Assembly: GCA_963790305.1 (NCBI GenBank)
Contig: CAWBOC010000009.1
Span: forward strand, 608,001 to 672,000
DNA: 64,000 bases
From: an uncultured Gemmatimonadaceae bacterium
Lineage (GTDB): Bacteria > Gemmatimonadota > Gemmatimonadetes > Gemmatimonadales > Gemmatimonadaceae
Direction of reading: 5' to 3'
The number at the start of each line of letters is the position of its first letter. Within the stretch, counting starts at the first letter, position 1. Positions 33,040 to 43,445 of this stretch are shown here, piece by piece. The notes under the pieces were generated by a model. It had not been told where the DNA came from. It made no database searches and saw nothing but the letters and a program-made list of their open reading frames with translations. Position numbers and translations under genes: made by a program.

Positions 33040-33138
33040 CCGCTCGCTCCATCGCGCTCGTTGTAGCGAGCGCCTCGCTCTCAGGGTTACCTTCGCGCAC
33101 GCTGTGACCGGCTCTCACCCCGCGCGCACTTCGCTCCT

Positions 33139-35628
33139 ATGACGACTCATTCGATCCTGCCGCTTCTCGTCGCGGTCTCGCTGACGCTGCTCGCTCCTCG
33201 AGACGCTGCCCCGCAGGTTCCCTCGCCACGCGAACATCTCGGTTTCGAGGTCGGTGCGGACCGGCAGCTCGCTGACTGGGGCCAAATCGTCAGCTACTTC
33301 ACGACGCTGGCCGCCGCGTCCCCCGAGCTCGAGCTCGATACGCTCGGGCCCAGCACTCAGGGACGCCCGCTCATCGTGGCGACGATTACCTCCGCAGCGA
33401 ACATGCGCAAGATCGAGTCGATCAGAGCGGCGCAGCGGAAGCTCGCCGATCCTCGGTCGCTCAGCGCCCAGGAAGAGCGTACCCTGCTGGCGTCCCAGCC
33501 TGCCGTCGTCGTGATCCAGTGCAACATCCACTCGACGGAAATCGCCTCAGCGCAAATGGCGATGGAGCTGGCGTATCGACTGGTGACGGTCGACACGCTC
33601 CGGAATGCGCTCAATGAGGTCGTCGTCCTCCTCATTCCCTCGGCAAATCCCGACGGGGAGCAAATGATCGTCGAGTGGTATCGGCGCAACCTTGGCACTC
33701 GCTGGGAGGGTGGCCCGATTCCATGGCTGTATCACCCGTACGTGGGCCACGACAACAATCGCGACTGGTACATGGTGACGCAGGGCGAAACGCGTCTCAT
33801 CACCGATCTGCTCTATCGCCAGTGGTTTCCCGAGGTGTTCTACGACGTGCATCAGATGGGAGATGAGGGGATGCGGCTGTTCGTGCCGCCCTTCGTCGAT
33901 CCGATCAACCCTCACGTCGACCCGCTGATCGTCCGCGGCATCGCGCACATCGGCGCCGAGATGGCGCTGGCGCTGGAGGAGCGGGGAAAGACGGGGGTGG
34001 GCGACCAGGCGATCTACGATCTGTGGTGGCACGGGGGCGCACGATCGACGCCCACGCGACACAACATGATCGGCGTCCTCACCGAGGCGGCAAGCGTGCG
34101 GATCGCCACGCCGATCGTGCAGGACACGGCGACGCTCGCCGGACATTCGCGCGGGCTGCCGAAATACGAGCGCCGCATGAACTTCCCGAACCCCTGGCCG
34201 GGAGGCACGTGGCGCCTTCGTGACATTGTCGACTACGAGCTCATCGCCGCCGAGGCGCTCGTCAGGATGCTCTCGCAGCAGCGGTCGCAGTACGTCGCGA
34301 ATTTCGTTAGGCTCGGCCGCCGTCAAGTGGCGCTGGGGAAAAGCGGATCGCCGAAGGCGTTCGTCATTCCCTCGAGCCAACGCGATCCGTCGGCCGTACG
34401 CCGTTTGGTGGAGGTGCTCACTCTCGGCGGCGTCGAGGTCGACTCCGCCGATGACGTGACGGCCGACGGACGATCGATGGGCCGTTCCTACGTCGTGCGG
34501 CTCGACCAGCCGTATCGGGCGCATGCGCTCGACCTGCTCGAGGCGCAGCGATTCCCCAGACTCGAGCAGCGGCCAGGCGGGCCAATCGAGCGGCCGTACA
34601 ATGTCGCGGGGTGGACGCTTCCCATGCAGATGGGCGTGAGCGTCGTGCCCGCGGAAGCCGTTTCGTACATCGCTCCGCGCGCGCGCACCGTTGGAGTCGT
34701 GGGCGCCGAGTCGTGCGGCCCTGACGTGAAGCTGAGCCGCGTGCTGATGCACGTGTCGAACACCGCCTGCTTCCGGCAAATCATCAGCTCTCTCCGGCGC
34801 GCCAGGCCAGTCGAGGTCGCTGGGTCGGGCGGGAGCTACCAGGTTAACCGAACCCCCCGAATCGGGCTTTACAGGCCCTGGACCGCCAACATCGACGAGG
34901 GGTGGACCCGCTGGGTGCTCGAGCAGTTCGAAATCCCCTACTCCTCCCTGACGGACTCGGCGGTCCGGGTGGGCGGTCTCCGTGACCGAATGGACGCCAT
35001 CCTCGTCACAGACATGAGTCTGCGTGACTTGCGGCGGGGGATGCCGGACTCAGTCGTTCCCCCAGCGTATTCAGGCGGACTTGGTCGTGAAGGAATCGAG
35101 GCGTTGAAGGCGTTCGTGAACGCCGGTGGCACGCTTGTGCTGCTGGATCGCGCTTCCGAGCTGGCAACCGCCGAGCTCGGCGTGGATGTGCGGCTTGTGA
35201 AAGTGCCGCCGCGCCGGGACGATTGGGAGGAGCCGTCGGGAGACACGCTCGACAACACGGCGCACGAGCTGTACGCGCCGGGATCGATTCTTCGCGTGCT
35301 GGTGGACGCGACGCACCCGGTTGGGTTCGGCATGCCGGACACGGCCGCGGTGTACTTCACGAACTCGGTGACGTTCGACGTTTCCTCGAGCTCGCCCGTT
35401 CGGGTGATCGCCCGGTATCCAGCCCGTGGTGATGACATTCTGCTGAGCGGGTACCTCGATGGCGCGACGTCGATCGCAGGGCAAGCCGCCGCGATCGAGG
35501 CGTCAGTCGGACGAGGCCGCGTCGTGATGTTCGGATTTCGGCCGCAGTATCGAGGTCAGTCGTACGGCACGTTCAGAATGCTCTTCAACGCGCTGCTCTC
35601 CGGCGGAGGATCCGTCGGCCGGCGCTGA
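33139..35628 (+). CDS. Secreted M14 zinc carboxypeptidase-family protein with C-terminal GATase-like region
   Basis: Signal peptide, IHSTE, NPDG, DNNRDW, DVHQMG, MFGFRPQYRGQ. Confidence 0.88.
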   Translation: MTTHSILPLLVAVSLTLLAPRDAAPQVPSPREHLGFEVGADRQLADWGQIVSYFTTLAAASPELELDTLGPSTQGRPLIVATITSAANMRKIESIRAAQRKLADPRSLSAQEERTLLASQPAVVVIQCNIHSTEIASAQMAMELAYRLVTVDTLRNALNEVVVLLIPSANPDGEQMIVEWYRRNLGTRWEGGPIPWLYHPYVGHDNNRDWYMVTQGETRLITDLLYRQWFPEVFYDVHQMGDEGMRLFVPPFVDPINPHVDPLIVRGIAHIGAEMALALEERGKTGVGDQAIYDLWWHGGARSTPTRHNMIGVLTEAASVRIATPIVQDTATLAGHSRGLPKYERRMNFPNPWPGGTWRLRDIVDYELIAAEALVRMLSQQRSQYVANFVRLGRRQVALGKSGSPKAFVIPSSQRDPSAVRRLVEVLTLGGVEVDSADDVTADGRSMGRSYVVRLDQPYRAHALDLLEAQRFPRLEQRPGGPIERPYNVAGWTLPMQMGVSVVPAEAVSYIAPRARTVGVVGAESCGPDVKLSRVLMHVSNTACFRQIISSLRRARPVEVAGSGGSYQVNRTPRIGLYRPWTANIDEGWTRWVLEQFEIPYSSLTDSAVRVGGLRDRMDAILVTDMSLRDLRRGMPDSVVPPAYSGGLGREGIEALKAFVNAGGTLVLLDRASELATAELGVDVRLVKVPPRRDDWEEPSGDTLDNTAHELYAPGSILRVLVDATHPVGFGMPDTAAVYFTNSVTFDVSSSSPVRVIARYPARGDDILLSGYLDGATSIAGQAAAIEASVGRGRVVMFGFRPQYRGQSYGTFRMLFNALLSGGGSVGRR

Positions 35629-35667
35629 CGTATCCGCGCAGGACATCCTTCCGAACGAGGTCTCACA

Positions 35668-36315
35668 ATGCGTACGGTCCGCTGGCTGTCCCTCGGCCTC
35701 GCGCTCGCGACGGTTCTTCCGTCGGTCGCGATGGCGCAGGAAGGACGCCTCTTCAAGAACGCGTGGTTCTGGGGCGCCAAGGGCGGCTTTACGTCCTTCT
35801 CCACCGATCGCGTCAAGAACGCCGTCGCCCCATCGCTGGGCGTCGAATGGCTGATCACGCGGTCGCGCGGGGGCCTCTACGCCTCCTACGACCAGGCGTT
35901 CTTCAACGAGGAGACGGTGGTCTTCACGCAGGCATACGGGCCGCACACCATCCGCATGGAGAACATGCGCCGTGTGACGCTCGCCGGTCTCGCCTTCCCG
36001 TTCAACATCGGGACGCTGCGTCCGTACGGTGGCGTAGGACTCGCGCTCAACTTCATTCAGAACGTCTCGCCAGTGGATCCCTTCACGTCGGCGGACCAGG
36101 AGACGCTCGTCGCGCGTCGCGCCATGGACACGAAGGACCGTGCGGCGTTCATCGTAATGGCCGGTGTGCAGCTTCAGTATCTGCGATTCTCGGCTTTCGG
36201 GCAGGCGGCGGTGATGCCGGCGCAAGCGCGGTTCATGCTGAACTCGAGACCGGTATACCACCTCGAGGGCGGCATTCGCTGGAACGTCGGCACCTCGATC
36301 GATCGGCCGGACTGA
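35668..36315 (+). CDS. Exported protein, probable small outer-membrane beta-barrel
   Basis: Signal peptide ending AMA-Q, alternating strands, RPYGGVG, C-terminal GIRWN. Confidence 0.6.
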   Translation: MRTVRWLSLGLALATVLPSVAMAQEGRLFKNAWFWGAKGGFTSFSTDRVKNAVAPSLGVEWLITRSRGGLYASYDQAFFNEETVVFTQAYGPHTIRMENMRRVTLAGLAFPFNIGTLRPYGGVGLALNFIQNVSPVDPFTSADQETLVARRAMDTKDRAAFIVMAGVQLQYLRFSAFGQAAVMPAQARFMLNSRPVYHLEGGIRWNVGTSIDRPD

Positions 36316-36319
36316 CGTA

Positions 36320-36378
36320 GGGGTCAGGGATCAGGAGTCAGGGCGCCCCGTGTCGAGATACCGACTCGGGGCGCCTTG
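36320..36378. terminator. Short TCAGG heptamer run plus hairpin between convergent genes
   Basis: agggg-tcaggga-tcaggag-tcagggc merging into GGCGCCCCG...CGGGGCGCC. Confidence 0.6.
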
Positions 36379-36380
36379 CA

Positions 36381-37028
36381 TTACGAGCCCCGTTTGCCTC
36401 GGGGCTTCACCGAGACGTAGGGTGAGTTTGCGACATGCCATCGAAGGGGCCAGTCCGCCGCTTTCGTGATGCCAATGCGCGGACCGGTGACGATCACGTC
36501 GTCCGGGTACGTAATCCCGCGGGTGATCATCAGCGGTGGGCTTTGAAGTGGAACGCCGTTGTGCTGCGGTCCGATGCCCAGCGCCGCGCAGAGCTTTCCC
36601 GGTCCGTTCGTTAGGTCGCGGTCGGCTTTCGCCGCGGGCCGGCGCGCTCGCATCAGCGGTACGCCTTCGAGTGGCTCGAGCGCGCGAACCAGGACCGCGC
36701 TGGGCTGACCGTGCTCGCGCGTGACCGCGTTGAAGCACCAGTGTACGCCGTAGATGAAGTAGACGTAGGCAATGCCGGGGGCTCCGTAGAGCGGCCGAGT
36801 TCGCTCGGTGAGCCCGGGTCCGGCGGCGTGGCAGGCGGGATCATGCTCCCCCAGGTACGCCTCCGTCTCTACGATGCGTCCCGCGGCGACCCCTTCCGGC
36901 GATCGACACCACAACACGGTACCAAGCAGCTCGCGAGAGACGATCTCCGTCTCGCGGTCGAAGAACGACGCCGGCAGCGCCTCGCCGATACGAGAACGCC
37001 GCGCGGTGGGCGCGGCGTCTCGGATCAC
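36381..37028 (-). CDS. mpg: 3-methyladenine DNA glycosylase (MPG/AAG type)
   Basis: RIVETEAYLG, YVYFIYGVHWC, VLVRALEP, GPGKLC, PRIGI. Confidence 0.95.
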   Translation of the reverse strand: MIRDAAPTARRSRIGEALPASFFDRETEIVSRELLGTVLWCRSPEGVAAGRIVETEAYLGEHDPACHAAGPGLTERTRPLYGAPGIAYVYFIYGVHWCFNAVTREHGQPSAVLVRALEPLEGVPLMRARRPAAKADRDLTNGPGKLCAALGIGPQHNGVPLQSPPLMITRGITYPDDVIVTGPRIGITKAADWPLRWHVANSPYVSVKPRGKRGS

Positions 37029-38821
37029 CCCTCGCCTCCGCTCGCGGCCGGCTTCTTCGCCCGGCCGCGTGGTGGACGGCGTCGTTTCGCCTTTGCCGCG
37101 GCCGTGCCCGCTCCAGCCGCGGTCTCGGGCGCTTCGGGCTTACCCTTCTTCGCGGTCTTGCGGGTGCGCGGCGCACGACTCCGCTTCTGCACCGGCTCTT
37201 TCGCCCGTGCGTCGGGAACAATGCTCTCCGGCGGACCGCCGAGCTCTGCTCCGGGCTCGCGGTCGAGCGGCTCGTCAGGCACCGCGGGCACTCCGAAGTC
37301 GACGACGCCGAGCGAAAGCAGCTCGGGTGGCAGCTCCATCGCACCACTGGTGCGTCCGCCACGTGAGCGCATCCCGCGACGGAATGACGCGGCAGTCGCC
37401 GCCGACCGGCCCGCCTGACTCTGCGACGGGACGGGAACCGCGGCCTGCAGCTGATCGGCAATCGGCGCGACGTCAGCTGCCGGCGCCAACTCCCAGTCAT
37501 CGCCGCGCTTCCGAAGATCGACGACGTTGGCGTCGTGCGCGTCGCGCAGGACGCGTACGAACATGCGCTCGTTGAGCGACTCGCTGTCGCGGCCGAGAAG
37601 ATCACGGGCCTTGCGACGCACGTCGCTGGCGAGCACCGGCGTATCCGCGCCACCGGTGAGAATGTCCACCGCCCGGCGAACGAGATCGAACGCCTCGTCC
37701 CTCGTGAGGCGCTCGCCCCCGGTGCCGATCCCATCACGCGCGGTATCCACGGCTTCGGGGCGTCGCTCCTCGACGGCGGGCGCTGGCGCCACCGCCTCGG
37801 TCGTTGCCGCGGCGGCAACAGCCGGCGTTTCGACGCGCGGCTCCTCGGTGCGCGGCTCGCGCTCGCGATCGCGACCACGCCCCCCACGCCGGCCACGCCC
37901 TCTCTCTTCCCGGCCTCGCCCGCGCGGCCGTTCCTCGCGCGGACGCGACTCCCCTTCGGTCGCTCGCGCGGCCGGACGAACCCCGTCACCCTCGGGAATG
38001 TCGATCTCGAGCTGGCCGTTCTCCAGCTTCGTCATCTTGAGGAGGCCACGCTCCGCGGCTTCCTGCGTGAACCGCGAGAACTTGGAGTGGCCGAGCGTCT
38101 TCTCGTCGAAGTTCGAATCGAGCTCCTGCATGACCTGCTTGAGCCGATCGGAGCGCATCACATCGCCATTCCGCTTCATGCGCTGGATGGCCTCTGTCAC
38201 CAGCTCCCAGGGGTCCTTCTTGACCAACTCTTCCTCGCCCGACTTCACGAGACCGGCCAGCGCGTTGTAGCTGTAGTACTCGTCGCAGTTCATCACCAGC
38301 AGATCGCTCGATGACTCGCGAATGCCCACGCCGATCACGTACTTGCCGTACTCCTTCAGCTTCGTCACGAGCGACGCGAAGTCCGAGTCGCCGGAGAGCA
38401 GGATGTACGTGCCGATCTCGGGCCGGGTGAAGACGAGCTCCATCGCGTCGACGGCGAGGCGAATGTCGGTGGCGTTCTTCTTCGACGATCCGTACGCGGG
38501 CGCCATGATCATGTCGATCGACGACTCGGCGAGCGGGACGATGTATTGCGGGTACCGACGCCAATCGGCATAGGCACGCTGCACGGCAACCTTCCCCTTG
38601 ATGATGTCCGAGGACAGGAGGTTGCGGAGCTCGTTGCCGAGGTCTGACCGGATCCCCATCGTGACGTTGTCGAAGTCGATGAGGAGCGCCGCGTTAGGCG
38701 CGTGGGGCGAGAAGGTCGCCTGGATGGGGGCCGCGGACATCGTGTGTGCCTGCGGGCCGCGGTGGATGGGTGTCGCCGCCGCACGCACGGGGGTGGCGGG
38801 ACGGGGGTGTCGTGGCTTCAT
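37025..38821 (-). CDS. NYN-domain ribonuclease with OST-HTH/LOTUS-like domain and long low-complexity tail
   Basis: IDFDN, RAYADW, KNATDIRL, LSGDSDF, FDEKTLGHSKFS. Confidence 0.9.
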   Translation of the reverse strand: MKPRHPRPATPVRAAATPIHRGPQAHTMSAAPIQATFSPHAPNAALLIDFDNVTMGIRSDLGNELRNLLSSDIIKGKVAVQRAYADWRRYPQYIVPLAESSIDMIMAPAYGSSKKNATDIRLAVDAMELVFTRPEIGTYILLSGDSDFASLVTKLKEYGKYVIGVGIRESSSDLLVMNCDEYYSYNALAGLVKSGEEELVKKDPWELVTEAIQRMKRNGDVMRSDRLKQVMQELDSNFDEKTLGHSKFSRFTQEAAERGLLKMTKLENGQLEIDIPEGDGVRPAARATEGESRPREERPRGRGREERGRGRRGGRGRDREREPRTEEPRVETPAVAAAATTEAVAPAPAVEERRPEAVDTARDGIGTGGERLTRDEAFDLVRRAVDILTGGADTPVLASDVRRKARDLLGRDSESLNERMFVRVLRDAHDANVVDLRKRGDDWELAPAADVAPIADQLQAAVPVPSQSQAGRSAATAASFRRGMRSRGGRTSGAMELPPELLSLGVVDFGVPAVPDEPLDREPGAELGGPPESIVPDARAKEPVQKRSRAPRTRKTAKKGKPEAPETAAGAGTAAAKAKRRRPPRGRAKKPAASGGEG

Positions 38822-39127
38822 GTCGTCGTCTTTGGTGTGGCTGTGTGACCGCGCGCGACCCCGCGCACGATCTCCCGTCGCTTCACCCTTCCGTGCCCGG
38901 AGCGGAAGGGCTCAATGAAGCGAACAAGATCAGGGTGTTCTGACGACGCATGCGCAGATCCGCTCACCCAGACGAATCGTGGGGGACACCGATCGCGCAG
39001 ACGTCGTTCGACTTCGGGTGCGGCTCGGGCTGATCGCTGGCGGGTTGCCCGCACGAGTGATCGGCCGAAGGCGCGGCCCATCGGGACACTTCAATGTACT
39101 TGACGAGCGGGCACGAGGCGAGGGCCT

Positions 39128-39550
39128 TCAGTCACCCATCGCCTTGACGATCACCCGCTTCTTTCGCTGCCCGTCCCATTCCCCATAGAACACCCGCTGC
39201 CAGGGACCGAAGTCGAGCTTCCCATCCGTGACCGGGACAATGACCTCGTGGCCGACGGTGAGGGAGCGAAGGTGGGCGGCGGCATTGTCCTCGCCGGTCC
39301 CGGAATTGTGGCGGTAGTGCTCGGGGTCCCACGGCGCGATGCGATGCTCGAGCCAGTCGAGAATGTCCTTCCACAATCCCGACTCGTGGTCGTTGACGAA
39401 CACCGACGCCGAGATGTGCATGGCCGAGACGAGGACGAAGCCCTCGCGGATGCCCGCCGCGGCACGGCAGGCCTCGACGTCATCGGTGATGTCGATGATC
39501 TCCTGACGGTGCTTCGTATTGAACGTGAGATAGGTCGTGTGCGTCTTCAT
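39128..39550 (-). CDS. yjbQ: YjbQ/UPF0047 family protein
   Basis: IIDIT, HISASV, NAAAHLRS, GPWQRVFYGEWDG. Confidence 0.92.
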   Translation of the reverse strand: MKTHTTYLTFNTKHRQEIIDITDDVEACRAAAGIREGFVLVSAMHISASVFVNDHESGLWKDILDWLEHRIAPWDPEHYRHNSGTGEDNAAAHLRSLTVGHEVIVPVTDGKLDFGPWQRVFYGEWDGQRKKRVIVKAMGD

Positions 39551-39562
39551 TGCGCCGAGATG

Positions 39563-39904
39563 CTAACCGCGGCGAACGGGACGCGCCTCTTCCGGGAGTG
39601 CGGAGCGATTGGCGATGTCGCGAAGTCTGGTCGCTTCATCGCTGTTTCCACCGCGAGCTTCGAGGGCGTCAGCGGCAGCGCGCAAGGCATCGGCGTCGCT
39701 GGATGTGATCGCGACGGACCGCGGCAGCTCGAGCACGCGCACGTCACCCGAGCGCCACCGTGATTGCCGTGGCGCTCCCGCGCGCGATGCTCCTCGCTCC
39801 GCCGCGTCTTCCGCCCGGCGACTCGCGTGAAGCCACGCGAACACCAGCAGGCCGACGCTGGCGCCGATCATCGCGCCAATCAGCAACCCCAGCCAGAATT
39901 GCAT
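39563..39904 (-). CDS. Small membrane-anchored hypothetical protein
   Basis: GGAG RBS; N-terminal TM FWLGLLIGAMIGASVGLLVFAW; upstream sigma54 site. Confidence 0.6.
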   Translation of the reverse strand: MQFWLGLLIGAMIGASVGLLVFAWLHASRRAEDAAERGASRAGAPRQSRWRSGDVRVLELPRSVAITSSDADALRAAADALEARGGNSDEATRLRDIANRSALPEEARPVRRG

Positions 39905-39940
39905 GTCATCTCCGCGCCGCGGCCCCCCAGTGCCTTTCTA

Positions 39941-39956
39941 TGCAAGGGAGACGCCG
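39941..39956 (-). promoter_or_regulatory. sigma54 (-24/-12) promoter
   Basis: Minus strand cGGCGTCTCCCTTGCA, GG-N10-GC with TTGCA. Confidence 0.6.
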
Positions 39957-40081
39957 TAACGGACGTCGAGGTAAATCTAGCGTCGCCTGGCGCCGCCGTG
40001 GTTCAGGGTTCCCCTCCCCTCTACGCGCCATAGATTGGCAGTGTTGCAGAGTGAAACTGCCCCCGCGACCCGGCGTACGGT

Positions 40082-41308
40082 GTGGGTGTGAAGCGACTCA
40101 GCTTCCGAACTCGACTCTTCCTCTATCTCCTTCTGTTCGCCGTCGTTCCCGCAAGCGTGGTCATGCTGGGGGGGACGCTCGCGGCCAGCCGTGCGGTTCC
40201 CCTGGTGAGTGGGACTCGGGCGTGGGAGCGGGTGGCCGAGTCCGGTCGTACCGCTCTCGAACAGGCCCGGCAGGCGCCGCTAACTCCGGCGCAACGGGCG
40301 GCGCTGGACGCTCACGAGCAGGAGCTGCGAAGCTCGTTACTTCAGGCGAGCCGCTTTCGATTTCTCGCCGAACGGGTGGTGCCGGTCATCGCTCTGTTTG
40401 CGCTGGTCGGAACGGGACTGCTCGCGCTCTTCGCCTCGCGGGTCGCCGGCCACCTTAGCCGCCAGATGAGCCGTCCATTGAACGAGCTGGTCGGGTGGAC
40501 CGATTTGATCGGACGAGGCGAGCCGCTACCGGAGGGCGCCCCGAAGAAGCGGGGGGCTCCCGAGTTCGACACGTTGCGGCGGAGGATGCGACGGATGGCG
40601 CGGGAGCTCGAGACCGCGCGGGCCCAGGAGCGCGAAGCGGAGCGCGTTGAGGCGTTCCGGGAGACCGCCAGGCGGGTCGCCCACGAGCTCAAGAATCCGC
40701 TCACGCCGATTCGGTTCGCCGTCGAGCGACTCAAGCGCGATGCGCCGGACTCGCTGCGCGAGCCGGTGGAAGTGCTGGAAGTGGAGTCCGCGCGGCTGGA
40801 GCAGATGGCGCGCAGCTTTTCGCAGTTTGGGCGGCTTCCGGAAGGACCTCCCGCCAATGTCGACATGGCGGAGCTCGCCCGCTATACGGCGCGTTCAATG
40901 GTCGCGGAGCGCGTACCATTGCGATTGGAAATGGGAGAGGAGCTGCCAATGGTGCGCGGGCATCACGATGCGCTCGCCAGGGCCTTGTCCAACGTCCTGA
41001 TCAACGCCGTCGAAGCCTGCCGCGAAGGCGGCGAAGTAGATGTACGCGTCACGAAGGCGCGGCTGGATGGGCGCGACGCGGTCGAGGTCGCCGTGCGCGA
41101 CACAGGCTGCGGGATTCCCGCCGCGCAGCTCGCCCGCATCTGGGAGCCGTACGTGACGTCGAAGCTGGGTGGGACCGGGCTCGGATTGGCGATCGCGCGC
41201 CAGACGGTGCTCGCGCACGGGGGCGCTGTCAATGCGGCGAGCGCCGAAGGTCAGGGCACCGAAATCCGATTCGTCATTCCCGTCGATGGAACTGAGCAGC
41301 CCACATGA
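40082..41308 (+). CDS. NtrY-like membrane sensor histidine kinase
   Basis: Two TM, HAMP-like linker, ARRVAHELKNPLTPI, NVLINAVEA, DTGCG, GTGLGL. Confidence 0.93.
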   Translation: MGVKRLSFRTRLFLYLLLFAVVPASVVMLGGTLAASRAVPLVSGTRAWERVAESGRTALEQARQAPLTPAQRAALDAHEQELRSSLLQASRFRFLAERVVPVIALFALVGTGLLALFASRVAGHLSRQMSRPLNELVGWTDLIGRGEPLPEGAPKKRGAPEFDTLRRRMRRMARELETARAQEREAERVEAFRETARRVAHELKNPLTPIRFAVERLKRDAPDSLREPVEVLEVESARLEQMARSFSQFGRLPEGPPANVDMAELARYTARSMVAERVPLRLEMGEELPMVRGHHDALARALSNVLINAVEACREGGEVDVRVTKARLDGRDAVEVAVRDTGCGIPAAQLARIWEPYVTSKLGGTGLGLAIARQTVLAHGGAVNAASAEGQGTEIRFVIPVDGTEQPT

Positions 41309-41421
41309 TCCACGAGCTATTACCCTTCGCCGTCGCGGTCGAGCGAATCTCCGAGAGCCAGCGTTACACTACGAAGCTGCTCTCGGACAAGGCGCGATCG
41401 TACTCGGAACGCGCGGAGTAG
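41305..41421 (+). CDS. 38-aa ORF, paralogue of the two downstream small proteins; absent from ORF track
   Basis: ATGA overlap with kinase stop; MIHELLPFAVAVERISESQRYTTKLLSDKARSYSERAE. Confidence 0.6.
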   Translation: MIHELLPFAVAVERISESQRYTTKLLSDKARSYSERAE

Positions 41422-41457
41422 GCACGACAGCTCTCTTTACTTGGAGGACGGCTCGTT

Positions 41458-41739
41458 ATGGACCCTGGAATCGTCGTGCCGCTCGGCTTCTTCGCAATGG
41501 TGGCGACCATTGCTGTTGGGGCCCCACTGGCGCGGGCGTTCGCGCGGCGGATGGAGCGAGACTCGAAGACCAAGCTTGCTCCGGAGGTCACGTCGCGGTT
41601 GGAGCGCATCGAGCAGGCGGTGGACGCGATCGCCATCGAGGTCGAGCGCATTTCCGAGGGGCAGCGTTTCACGACGAAGCTCCTCACCGAACGCTCGAGT
41701 GACGCGAGCCGTCTGACGGAGCCGCGGAGGCCCTCGTGA
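41458..41739 (+). CDS. Small TM plus coiled-coil protein
   Basis: GGAGG RBS; TM then RLERIEQAVDAIAIEVERISEGQRFTTKLL. Confidence 0.85.
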   Translation: MDPGIVVPLGFFAMVATIAVGAPLARAFARRMERDSKTKLAPEVTSRLERIEQAVDAIAIEVERISEGQRFTTKLLTERSSDASRLTEPRRPS

Positions 41740-41978
41740 TCAGTGGCGTGATGCTCCTCGCGACGGTGGCGCTCCTCGCGGCGGTCGTCGTTCGCCTGAT
41801 GGACCGGCGGAGCAATGGCGACCCCAAGCGGGTCCAGCGACTCGAGGAGCGCGTAGCCCGACTCGAGGGAAGCCTCGAGTCGATGGCGAGCGAGATGGAG
41901 CGACTCGGCGAAGGGCAGCGGTTCATGACGAAGCTGCTCGCGGAGCGCCCCCAAAGCGGCTCAGAGCCCAAACGGTGA
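41736..41978 (+). CDS. Small TM plus coiled-coil protein (paralogue)
   Basis: GTGA overlap; TM then RLEGSLESMASEMERLGEGQRFMTKLL. Confidence 0.8.
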   Translation: MISGVMLLATVALLAAVVVRLMDRRSNGDPKRVQRLEERVARLEGSLESMASEMERLGEGQRFMTKLLAERPQSGSEPKR

Positions 41979-41988
41979 ACGTAGCGGC

Positions 41989-43371
41989 ATGTCGACGATC
42001 CTGATCATCGACGACGAGCCGAACATCCGGCGCATGGTCGGGGCCCTGCTGTCGGCGGAAGGATTCACCGTTCGCGAAGCCGCCAATGGTGCTGCCGGTG
42101 CCGCCACGGCCATCGAGGACGAGCCGGACGCCATCCTTCTCGACCTCATGATGCCTGGCGAGATCGATGGAATGGGGACGCTCACGCGCCTGCGCGACAA
42201 GGTCCCGGACGTCCCGGTGGTCATGATGAGCGGCCGCGCCGGCCTGAGCGATGCCGTGCGCGCTACCAAGCTCGGTGCGTTCCATTTTCTCGAGAAGCCG
42301 CTCACGCCCGAGGGTGTGCTGCTGGCGCTGCGCTCCGCGCTCGAGCTGCGACGCGTGCGTCGTGAGGCACGGGCGCTCCGCGAGGACCTTGGCATTCCCG
42401 GGCGCATGGTGGGTGACAGCCCCGGCATGCGACAGGTCCGGGAGCTGATCCAGCGCGTGGCGCCGACCGATGCGCGCGTGCTGATCATCGGCGAGTCGGG
42501 AACGGGCAAGGAGCTGGTGGCGGCAGCGATTCACGGTGGCAGCGCTCGACGCGACAAGGCATTCGTGCGCGTCAATTCCGCGGCCATTCCGCGGGATCTC
42601 GTGGAGAGCGAGATGTTCGGGCACGAGCGCGGCGCATTCACCGGCGCCACGGATCGCCGGATTGGGCGATTCGAGCTTGCTCACGAGGGAACGCTGTTCC
42701 TCGATGAAGTGGGCGACCTGGGCGCCGAGGCGCAGGCGAAGCTGTTGCGCGCGATCGAGGCGAAGGAGATCGAGCGTGTCGGAGGCGGAAAGCCCATCGC
42801 CGTCGACGTGCGCATTCTCGCGGCGACGAATCACGACCTGGAGCGCGCGGTGGCTGACGGACGATTTCGTGAAGACCTGTTCTTTCGGCTGAACGTGATC
42901 CCAATGCAGATTCCGCCGCTGCGCGAACGTCCCGACGACATCCCACAGCTCGTCAGGCATTTCTCGGCGCTCTATCGCACGCGGAGTGGGCGGTTGGCGC
43001 CCACGTGGAGTGAGGGAGCGCTCGAATTGTTCGTGCGGTATCGGTGGCCGGGTAACGTTCGAGAGCTGGCGAACATCGTCGAGCGTCTGGCGATTCTTCA
43101 CGCGGGACTGGAAGTGCTTCCGGAGCACGTGCGCGCGGTGCTGCCGGTGGATGGTGCAGTCACGTCGGCCCCGAAGGGGCCATTGCCGGACGCATCCGCG
43201 CTCGAGCGTCCGCTCAGTGACATGCTCAATGAGTACGAGAGGACGCTCATCACGCGCGCGCTGTCCGTTGCTGGCGGCAACGTCGCGGAAGCGGCGCGGC
43301 GTCTCAAGACGGACCGACCGAATCTTTACCGACGCATGCGACGACTGAACATCGGCTGGGGAGGCGGGTAA
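41989..43371 (+). CDS. sigma54-dependent response regulator (NtrC/NtrX family)
   Basis: Receiver [19 protein letters not shown], intact [19 protein letters not shown], Fis-type HTH. Confidence 0.96.
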   Translation: MSTILIIDDEPNIRRMVGALLSAEGFTVREAANGAAGAATAIEDEPDAILLDLMMPGEIDGMGTLTRLRDKVPDVPVVMMSGRAGLSDAVRATKLGAFHFLEKPLTPEGVLLALRSALELRRVRREARALREDLGIPGRMVGDSPGMRQVRELIQRVAPTDARVLIIGESGTGKELVAAAIHGGSARRDKAFVRVNSAAIPRDLVESEMFGHERGAFTGATDRRIGRFELAHEGTLFLDEVGDLGAEAQAKLLRAIEAKEIERVGGGKPIAVDVRILAATNHDLERAVADGRFREDLFFRLNVIPMQIPPLRERPDDIPQLVRHFSALYRTRSGRLAPTWSEGALELFVRYRWPGNVRELANIVERLAILHAGLEVLPEHVRAVLPVDGAVTSAPKGPLPDASALERPLSDMLNEYERTLITRALSVAGGNVAEAARRLKTDRPNLYRRMRRLNIGWGGG

Positions 43372-43445
43372 GGTTGCTCAGCCACAGGGGAGTCGCCCTC
43401 GCCGGAAGCTGCCTGTCTCCTCGACCGCTCATTCGCGGAGCCGAC

